Below are positions 18,365 through 25,043 of a stretch of DNA of 25,043 nucleotides, in pieces. The stretch's first letter is position 1. Each line of letters starts with the position of its first letter. The position numbers and the translations under genes are program-made. The notes below the pieces were generated by a model. The model worked only from the letters and a program-made list of their open reading frames with translations, did no database searches and had not been told where the DNA came from. Source of the stretch: Candidatus Asgardarchaeum abyssi (GTDB lineage Archaea; Asgardarchaeota; Asgardarchaeia; Asgardarchaeales; Asgardarchaeaceae); NCBI GenBank assembly GCA_040225955.1, contig JBECUL010000032.1:1-25043 (forward strand). The letters run 5' to 3'.

Positions 18365-18385
18365 ATATGACTTATGTGTCATATA
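18365..18385 (+). promoter_or_regulatory. Operator copy 2 (ATATGACTTATGTGTCATATA) upstream of the ECF operon
   Basis: Palindrome TATATGAC-N6-GTCATATA (18364-18385) overlapping a TATA-like TTTATAT; matches copy 1. Confidence 0.7.
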
Positions 18386-18445
18386 TGTTCTCAAAGAATT
18401 TCATGCCTACCACTATTTTAACTTAAATTAAATAAGGTGAAAGAC

Positions 18446-19234
18446 ATGGGCGAAGAAGAAAAGATGATTCCAGTTTGGACTCCTGGAACACCAATCATTG
18501 GTGGAGTCCATATCGGACTTATCATTGCTTGGGTTGCAATAAAACTAGCTGCTGCTGCTATTCCAACTTTTCCTATTCCTGGTCTTCCTGGCTCATTATC
18601 CGCCGCCATGTTCCTTAAAGGTCTAACGGGTCCATTGCTAGGACCATATGCAGGCTTTATAGGCGGCTTGGCTTTTGGAATATTGAATCAGTTTATCTTT
18701 CCATATACTGCCTTTTTCGGTCCACTGACTTTCCTAACAAATGTTACTGGCTTCACTTTTGAGGGTCTTGCACTTTACCCCAGAAAGAAAGGCTGGATAA
18801 TTACGGTTATCTATTTCATTGTTATGTTGCTACTATGGTACTTCTATAAGGGTGGTGCTGGATTAGTTGGAGGAATGCCACTAGTCACATGGGAGCACTG
18901 GTTTGCAATTCTAATCCTAGTAATACCATGGGTTCGTAACTTCATGCAAGAATCCATAATTAAACGGGACAATCCTGCAAAGCTATTCATAGCGCTATTT
19001 TTGATTGGCTGGGTTGGATCTATGGCAAACAACATTATGGGCTGTGTCCTTGCATTCTATATGTGGGACTTTACCAATCCTATCTATTGGGTGCCAATGA
19101 TTCCATACTATGCTGCAACGGACATTCTAGCATCTATAATTGGTTCCATAGTAGGTACTGCAGTTTTAATATCATTGAAGCGAGCAAACATAAGGGTATT
19201 CATCGATGAGCTGCTGGTAGTAGAAGAAAGTTAA
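18446..19234 (+). CDS. ECF transporter substrate-specific S-component
   Basis: GPLLGPYAGFIGG signature, multiple TMs, directly upstream of ECF ATPase and T genes; ATG 18446 follows AGGTGA. Confidence 0.8.
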   Translation: MGEEEKMIPVWTPGTPIIGGVHIGLIIAWVAIKLAAAAIPTFPIPGLPGSLSAAMFLKGLTGPLLGPYAGFIGGLAFGILNQFIFPYTAFFGPLTFLTNVTGFTFEGLALYPRKKGWIITVIYFIVMLLLWYFYKGGAGLVGGMPLVTWEHWFAILILVIPWVRNFMQESIIKRDNPAKLFIALFLIGWVGSMANNIMGCVLAFYMWDFTNPIYWVPMIPYYAATDILASIIGSIVGTAVLISLKRANIRVFIDELLVVEES

Positions 19235-19237
19235 TTA

Positions 19238-19252
19238 TTTTTTTCTTTTTTT
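19238..19252 (+). terminator. Oligo-T tract (T7-C-T7), possible internal archaeal terminator
   Basis: Immediately after the S-component stop and before the ATPase SD. Confidence 0.4.
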
Positions 19253-19274
19253 ATTAAACTTAAGGTGTGGGTAA

Positions 19275-21044
19275 ATGAACAATACTGAGGAAAGAGTAAT
19301 ATATATAGAAAATCTATCTTTTAAGTATTCTGGCTCGAAACGGGAAGCACTAAAGAATATCTCTCTTTCTATTAACAAGGGAGAATTTGTCGCGATAATG
19401 GGCCCTACTGGTGCTGGTAAATCAACATTATGCTTAACCTTAAATGGAAGCATACCTTATATGATACATGGTCATTTAAAAGGAAAAGTCTTGGTGGATT
19501 CCATTAATACTCAGGAAACCCTTATGCAAAAACTAGCAAGTATTGTTGGATTGGTCTTTCAAAACCCTAACTTACAATTATTTTGTCTCGATGTAGAAAG
19601 TGAACTAGCCTTTGGACCTGAAAATTTAGCTGTTGAACGTGAGGAAATTGCAAGAAGAGTTCATGAGATTGCGAAGCTTCTTAGATTAGAAGACTTGCTT
19701 GAACGATCACCATCACAGCTTAGTGGGGGTCAAAAACAAGCTGTTGCCATAGGCGCAGTTTTAACTATGTTACCAAAGGTATTGGTTTTAGATGAACCAA
19801 CTAGCAATTTAGATCCCATAGGAACAAAGCAAGTGTTTGAAATACTGAAAAGGCTAAAGAAGGAAAAAGGAATAACAGTAATCATAGTGAGTCACAAGAG
19901 TGAAGAGATCGCAGAGTTTGTTGATAGAATAGTAATTCTACGAGATGGAGAAAAATTCATGGATGGGAAACCTGAAGAAATCTTTAGCGAGAAGGATATT
20001 GTAAATAAAACATTTATTCGTCCTCCACAAGTTAGTGAGCTGATTTATAAACTTATTCAGAGAGGATATGCATTTGAGAAAATACCAACAACAATAGATG
20101 AGGCAGCCGAACTCATTAGAGATTTTCTAATTAAGAATAATGTTAATGTTAACAAGAAGGTGACTCTGAACTCAAGCAATCAACAAAAATCTCTTGGAGA
20201 AAGCAGTAGCGTAAAAAATGAGCCTATCATAAAAATACGCAATCTATGGCATATTTATCGTGGTGGAGTTGTTGCAGTAAAGGACATAAACCTTGATATA
20301 TATCCTGGTGAATTTATCTCTATTATTGGACAAAATGGTGCTGGTAAAACAACACTTGTTAAACACTTTAATGGTCTTCTTAAACCAACAAAGGGCTTTG
20401 TAATGGTTAAAGGATACGATACACGTACTATGCAAGTTTCAGAGCTATCTAAATATGTAGGGTATATTTATCAAAATCCTGACGATCAATTGTTTGCAGA
20501 TACTGTTGAAGAGGAAATCGCATTCGGCCCTAGAAACTTAGGTTGGAGCGAGGAGGAAATTAAAAGGAGTGTTAACGAAGTTCTAAAGAGATTAAACTTA
20601 GAACATCTTAGGGACGAGCACCCCTTATCATTAGGACTTGGGGATAGACATCGTGTTGCAGTAGCATCTGTTCTTTCAATGAAACCAGATGTCATTATAT
20701 TAGACGAGCCTACAACTGGGCAAGACTTTCGAGGAAGTCGTGAGATTGTAAACCTAATTAATGACCTAAATAAGGAAGGAAAGACTGTCATTATGATCAC
20801 TCATGATATGTATTTGGTAGCTGAATACTCGCACCGTGTAATCGTAATGGCTCAGGGAGAAATTCTATTAGATGGTACACCAAAAGAGGTTTTCTCAAAA
20901 TCTGAAATTCTTGCAAAGTCTTATCTGTCACCACCTCAGATTACATTGTTGGGTCAGAAGTTGAGTGATGTTGGTTTCCCAAGTGATATACTATCTGTAG
21001 ATGAATTTTGTGATGTATTTGAAAGAATAGTTAAGGGTGGTTAA
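19275..21044 (+). CDS. ecfA: ECF transporter fused dual ATPase (EcfA-A')
   Basis: Two ABC domains: GPTGAGKS / FQNP / LSGGQKQ / LDEPT and GQNGAGKT / YQNPDDQLF / LGLGDRH / LDEPT. Confidence 0.95.
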   Translation: MNNTEERVIYIENLSFKYSGSKREALKNISLSINKGEFVAIMGPTGAGKSTLCLTLNGSIPYMIHGHLKGKVLVDSINTQETLMQKLASIVGLVFQNPNLQLFCLDVESELAFGPENLAVEREEIARRVHEIAKLLRLEDLLERSPSQLSGGQKQAVAIGAVLTMLPKVLVLDEPTSNLDPIGTKQVFEILKRLKKEKGITVIIVSHKSEEIAEFVDRIVILRDGEKFMDGKPEEIFSEKDIVNKTFIRPPQVSELIYKLIQRGYAFEKIPTTIDEAAELIRDFLIKNNVNVNKKVTLNSSNQQKSLGESSSVKNEPIIKIRNLWHIYRGGVVAVKDINLDIYPGEFISIIGQNGAGKTTLVKHFNGLLKPTKGFVMVKGYDTRTMQVSELSKYVGYIYQNPDDQLFADTVEEEIAFGPRNLGWSEEEIKRSVNEVLKRLNLEHLRDEHPLSLGLGDRHRVAVASVLSMKPDVIILDEPTTGQDFRGSREIVNLINDLNKEGKTVIMITHDMYLVAEYSHRVIVMAQGEILLDGTPKEVFSKSEILAKSYLSPPQITLLGQKLSDVGFPSDILSVDEFCDVFERIVKGG

Positions 21045-21888
21045 AATTAGTTCAAGAGGATATGTTGTTTATTATGCGGGTGACACCTTAATACACAAAT
21101 TGGATCCTCGAGCAAAATTAATAATGCTAGCTTATTTCATTGGCCTAGCTTTACTTTTCAGTAACCCCATTCATCTAGCGTTAGTCCTTCTAGCAGCGAT
21201 TCTGATTTGGTTTTATGCGAGGATACCAGCAAAAGAAGTGTCCCGAGTTTATAAATATGTCTATGGAACTCTGGCACTGGTTATTATTATCCAAGGCCTT
21301 AGTTTTCCAACTGGAACCGAAATTCTAAGAATAATCCCAGAGAATCCATTATTAGGAAACGTAGGAGCGTTGACCATAGAGGGTCTAGTCTATGGAATAG
21401 CAATCTCTGAAAGAATCCTAATAATGATGATAATTGGCCCACTGGTAATCTACACAACACCACTTGATAGATTAATCTTAGGAATGGTTAAAATGAAAAT
21501 GCCATACACAATTGCCTATATAATGAGCTCTGCACTCAATATACTACCAAGTGTCCAATTAGAAATAGCGACTATTATTGAAGCTCAGACTGCAAGAGCT
21601 TTTACAAAGCTGGAAACAGGTGGGTTTGTTGAAAGAATGAGAGCGTATATCCCGATATTAGTTCCATTAATAGTAAGTATGGCTAGAAATAGCACACAAT
21701 TATCCCTAGCAATGGCTGCAAGGGCATTTGGTGCATCAAAGGAAAGAACATTTTACCGAGATATTAAAGCTGAGACAAAGGATTACATAGTAATAGGTAT
21801 CATGGTTGTTACATTTGCTATTTTTGTCTACGCATACATAGTATATGGGTTTGGAGCATTTGACTTCTACGCAATAAAGTTCTTCTAA
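21037..21888 (+). CDS. ecfT: ECF transporter transmembrane T component
   Basis: IHKLDPRAKL and two ARA motifs (AQTARA, AMAARAF); overlaps the ATPase stop. Confidence 0.93.
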   Translation: MVKISSRGYVVYYAGDTLIHKLDPRAKLIMLAYFIGLALLFSNPIHLALVLLAAILIWFYARIPAKEVSRVYKYVYGTLALVIIIQGLSFPTGTEILRIIPENPLLGNVGALTIEGLVYGIAISERILIMMIIGPLVIYTTPLDRLILGMVKMKMPYTIAYIMSSALNILPSVQLEIATIIEAQTARAFTKLETGGFVERMRAYIPILVPLIVSMARNSTQLSLAMAARAFGASKERTFYRDIKAETKDYIVIGIMVVTFAIFVYAYIVYGFGAFDFYAIKFF

Positions 21889-21900
21889 ATGGTGAGAAAC

Positions 21901-22554
21901 ATGTTAGGAGAATTTCTTGAGTTCCTTTTAATAATATTCCTTGTGCTTCTCGGAATATACTTCGTGGAGCCTACCATAATAGCTAATATGATGAGGACCT
22001 TTAGTGGAATTCCTGCTTGGAGATCCCTAGCTCTAGCACTTTTTCAGAGAGCACTGTGCTTTGATTCTCCTGGAGCCTCTCAACTAAATATCATAGAGCT
22101 TAACTTTGGAGACATCTACGTAGTAGCATTTTGGCTGTTAACAGGTTTACTCTTTGGTTATAGACATAAAAGCATCAAGAATGTTCTAATTATAGGACTA
22201 ATAACACCACTAGCTACTGCACAAGTTTATATTATGATGCTTCAACAGTACACTCCTGATCTTTGGAATAGCTTTTCTCCTAAAATGCAAGAAACGATTA
22301 CGCACACCGCTTACATGAATGGCTTACAATTGAGTTTAGTCTTAATTGCAGGTTTACTAGCGATGGCAGTAGTCAGAAAAATAAAAATGCGAAAACCAAT
22401 GGCAATTTACATAATTCCTGAAGAGGAGAAAAAGCCACTATTAATAAAATGTCCAGCTTGCAGGAAAGTTCATTATTCGAATGCAAGATTTTGCAGTAAT
22501 TGTGGGACTCCCATGGCAGAAAAGGTAGAAACAACTGAGGAAACAACTATATAA
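21901..22554 (+). CDS. Membrane protein with C-terminal zinc ribbon
   Basis: About four TMs, then CPAC-x10-CSNC; ATG 21901 follows GGTGAG (ATG 21889 also possible). Confidence 0.75.
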   Translation: MLGEFLEFLLIIFLVLLGIYFVEPTIIANMMRTFSGIPAWRSLALALFQRALCFDSPGASQLNIIELNFGDIYVVAFWLLTGLLFGYRHKSIKNVLIIGLITPLATAQVYIMMLQQYTPDLWNSFSPKMQETITHTAYMNGLQLSLVLIAGLLAMAVVRKIKMRKPMAIYIIPEEEKKPLLIKCPACRKVHYSNARFCSNCGTPMAEKVETTEETTI

Positions 22555-22567
22555 TAGAGGGACACTA

Positions 22568-23431
22568 ATGAACATCGGATTCACATCAATGTATTTTTTC
22601 GAACTTCCAATAGATGAAATCTTCAAAATAGCTAATGAACTAAATTTTTCCTTTATAGAACTAAATTCTGAGCTGTATTGCCTTGAGTCTTCAAATAAGT
22701 CAGAGAAAATGATAGCTTCCGAGATTATAGACTTAAAAAATAGCTATAACGTAAATTTAGAGCTACATGCACCCTACGTTGACATTAACCTTTTAAGCTA
22801 TAATAAGGAAATTCAAAAAACATCTTGGAAAGAAATTCTAAAAGCTCTACATTTTGCATACCTAACAGAGATTGATATTGTAACTCTGCATCTTGGGAGG
22901 TTTCCATTTGGGCTTGAATTAAAACAAGATGAAAATAGTTTTCTTAAAAAGATATACCAGAGAGGGGTTAATTATCTTAAGAATATATTACAATTTGCAA
23001 AGACCCATGAAATTAAAGTTGGTGTCGAAAATTTGCACTTTTTCCCCGGTAAGTTTCCGAAATATCCAGAGGATTTTGAGATGCTTATCAGTGATATACC
23101 AGATTTAAAAATAACTTTTGATTTGGCACATGCTTATACAATATCTGACGTCTTGGCTGAGGAATTAATGAAAAGGATGCATGATAGGATTATAAACATA
23201 CACGTAAGTGATGTCGATGATACAACCAATGATCACCATATTAGCATTGGTGATGGTAAGGTCGATTTCTCTTTATTTTTTAAGAATATGAAAAAGTATA
23301 AGATTGAAGCTCCAATAGTAATCGAACTAGATGCAATAAAAGTTTGTGGAGATAAAATCTCAAACCTCCGTTATCGTAAGGATATGCTTCTAAAATCAAA
23401 ATCAAAACTTCTTAATTTTGCAAAGCAATAA
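22568..23431 (+). CDS. AP-endonuclease-2/sugar-phosphate isomerase-like TIM-barrel metalloenzyme
   Basis: IEL, LHAPY, VTLHLG, VENL, TFDLAHA, IHVSD, DHHISIGDG and VIE motifs. Confidence 0.88.
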   Translation: MNIGFTSMYFFELPIDEIFKIANELNFSFIELNSELYCLESSNKSEKMIASEIIDLKNSYNVNLELHAPYVDINLLSYNKEIQKTSWKEILKALHFAYLTEIDIVTLHLGRFPFGLELKQDENSFLKKIYQRGVNYLKNILQFAKTHEIKVGVENLHFFPGKFPKYPEDFEMLISDIPDLKITFDLAHAYTISDVLAEELMKRMHDRIINIHVSDVDDTTNDHHISIGDGKVDFSLFFKNMKKYKIEAPIVIELDAIKVCGDKISNLRYRKDMLLKSKSKLLNFAKQ

Positions 23432-23487
23432 ATTAAGCATCAAAACCTTTAATCATCGACATACCCTAATAATAATCTCTCTTTTTA

Positions 23488-23988
23488 TTAATCTACGAAA
23501 ACACCTAAGTCTTCAAGTTGGTCCACAATTCTTCTCATGACCGGAGTAAAGCCTACAATCAATATAAATTCGGGAATCGCTATAAATGGTAATATCCATA
23601 AAAACGGGATCCCCAATACAAAGGATAGCATAAATGAAACAGCAAATGTGATAGATGCTGCGAAAAAAGCACTTCCGATTAAAGGATGTATCTTCTGGGA
23701 AAGATAATATGCACCCATAGCACCAATAAAGTTCCACAAAGGCATCCAAGTATATTCAAGGAACCCAAATGGACTAAATAAGTTTGATATAAAGTTGCCA
23801 ACAGCAAATGCATATGCAAACCATTTTCTCTTTGTTGCCATCCCCTTTAGAGCTTCTGAGACTCTAAATTGTATTACTGCATACGATATTGGTGCTACGG
23901 CCCATGTTATTGCAGCATACACCGAAGCCAACATACCAATTTGAATGAGCATTTTAAGAGATTTTGTCTTCTCTGAAATTTCTGACAT
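23488..23988 (-). CDS. queT: QueT family ECF S-component (queuosine/7-deazaguanine precursor transporter family)
   Basis: ASVYAAIT..APISYAVIQFRVSEAL...GNFISNLFSPFG signature; ATG 23988 follows GGTGGTGA. Confidence 0.85.
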   Translation of the reverse strand: MSEISEKTKSLKMLIQIGMLASVYAAITWAVAPISYAVIQFRVSEALKGMATKRKWFAYAFAVGNFISNLFSPFGFLEYTWMPLWNFIGAMGAYYLSQKIHPLIGSAFFAASITFAVSFMLSFVLGIPFLWILPFIAIPEFILIVGFTPVMRRIVDQLEDLGVFVD

Positions 23989-24140
23989 TTTAATCACCAC
24001 CAAGATGGCGTGTGGTTATGAAAGTTAAGATTCACTTCTCTTAAATTTTGTGATAAAGTAGCCAATATCTGTGTTCTATGGTTTTTCAAGACTTTAGATA
24101 CATTTTATATCTATTCAAGCTAAAAATTGGTATTAAAGCA

Positions 24141-24577
24141 ATGGAGTTGTTACTTGTGTTTATTAAGGTTGAAGGGAAAAAATCGGAGGCAAAATAGTTT
24201 TTGACCTGCTCAAATCATATGGCTTTAGGTTAAAATACCTTGACGAAAGCGAAGATAATATCATACATGGATTTTTTCGATTTTAGTGAGTTTAGCGGTG
24301 AAGTTGCCCTCTTAGGAGGGCGTGAGGTCCTCTTTGTTTCATTCACTCTCATGAAAGAGTTAGAATATCTAAAGAAGAAAATTAAAAGCCTAGTTGTAAC
24401 ATTAGTTGATAATGAAATATCAGTTCATAACCCGGCTTTAGTAACGTTCGATGGTGAAGATGTATACATAGAAATTATAGTTAAGGAAGGAACACAATAT
24501 CCTCTAGATGCAAATTTAAATGTTAAGACAACTTTGCGCAATAAAGGAAAAGAGAAAATGGTTCTTAAGAATATTAC
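24141..24577 (+). pseudogene. Disrupted hypothetical gene truncated by the IS insertion
   Basis: ORF 24240-24668 runs into the GC-rich IS end after ...LKNIT. Its last native part (YIEIIVK..QYPLDANLNVKTTLRNKG) looks like the start of an Ig-like domain. The 5' part can be joined from ATG 24141 through two homopolymer frameshifts. Confidence 0.4.
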
Positions 24578-25043
24578 AAGAATACCGCAGAAAGCCCCCA
24601 GATTATATCTGGGGGATGAATGCGGTCTGGGAGGGAGGGGGCTGGGTGGTGGGAACGCAAAATTTTAAAAACAACAAAACAAACAAAAGAAGAAATGTGA
24701 GTAGCCATGCCAAGACGCAAACACGCCAAATGGAGAATAACGTACCACATCGTCTAGATACCAAAGTACAGGAAGAAGATTCTGAAAGGCCGCATCGCAG
24801 AAACACTGAGAAAAGCGATAATGGACAAGACCAGAGAGCCCGACATCGAGACGATAGCTCTAGTAGTAATGCCAGACCACATACACCTCATAGTCTCAGC
24901 ACCACCAAGTATATCGCCAAGCGAGCTGGTCAAGCATCTCAAGGGGCATACGGCGAGGAGATTGGGCGAAGAGTACCCATGGCTTAGGAGGAGAAGCCAT
25001 ATCTGGGCCAGAGGCTACTGGGTCTCGACACTCGGAGATGTCT
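24578..25043 (+). mobile_element. IS200/IS605-family element (left end plus tnpA, running off the window)
   Basis: Abrupt rise in GC; TTAC (24574-24577), AAAG (24591-24594) and hairpin CCCCCAGAT-TAT-ATCTGGGGG (24595-24615), followed by the Y1 transposase. Confidence 0.88.
24707..25043 (+). pseudogene. tnpA: IS200-type Y1 HUH transposase with in-frame amber stop (not in the ORF track)
   Basis: MPRRKHAKWRITYHIV*IPKYRKKIL...MPDHIHLIV.APPSISPSELVKHLKG...IWARGYWVSTLG; TAG at 24755-24757 replaces the conserved Trp of YHIVWxPKYR. Confidence 0.9.

Noticed and set aside
16226-23749. Short ORFs at 16226, 16696, 17323, 18418, 18844, 19235, 20244, 20486, 22441 and 23513
   Set aside because: They overlap confident genes or the operator region and read as shadow frames.
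24584-24626. SECIS or kink-turn-like reading of the GAAAG/ATGAA internal loop
   Set aside because: Fully explained as the IS200/IS605 subterminal hairpin; no in-frame TGA selenoprotein candidate nearby.
24755-24757. Amber read-through (pyrrolysine or recoding) in tnpA
   Set aside because: The position is a conserved Trp one substitution away, TAG serves as a normal stop for several genes here, and no pyl genes are in the window.
24520-24987. ORFs 24520-24987, 24603-24806 and 24754-24942
   Set aside because: Alternative frames across the IS end and tnpA; the true frame starts at 24707.
1-25043. CRISPR array, tRNA/rRNA or defence system
   Set aside because: No regularly spaced repeats, cloverleaf or rRNA-like GC-rich segments, or nuclease/defence motifs were recognised by eye.

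Overview
AT-rich archaeal DNA (GGTG/GAGGTG Shine-Dalgarno motifs, TATA/BRE-like promoters, TrmB and ArsR-type regulators). A 7TM-longin fusion and a membrane-anchored PCI-like protein point to an Asgard-type archaeon (inference). The window is dominated by transport and salvage genes: two MFS permeases, three ECF S-component genes but only one ECF ATPase/T module, two AP-endonuclease-2/xylose-isomerase-like TIM barrels (one CbiR-like), a deaminase-type amidohydrolase and an atypical M19 dipeptidase homologue. The most striking items are (i) a HisKA_7TM-like receptor fused to a longin domain, (ii) an S-component fused to an Ig-like domain with a translationally coupled paralogous partner, and (iii) a regulator-centred import/hydrolysis module whose two promoters share a 21-bp operator. 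Decay is also visible: a compensated double frameshift in a DUF1028 gene, a truncated FtsX-type permease, a probable gene relic, and an IS200/IS605 element with an amber-disrupted tnpA and an IS608-like left end that truncates a host ORF. No rRNA, tRNA or CRISPR array was recognised. All family calls come from motif recognition by eye, with no database searches.
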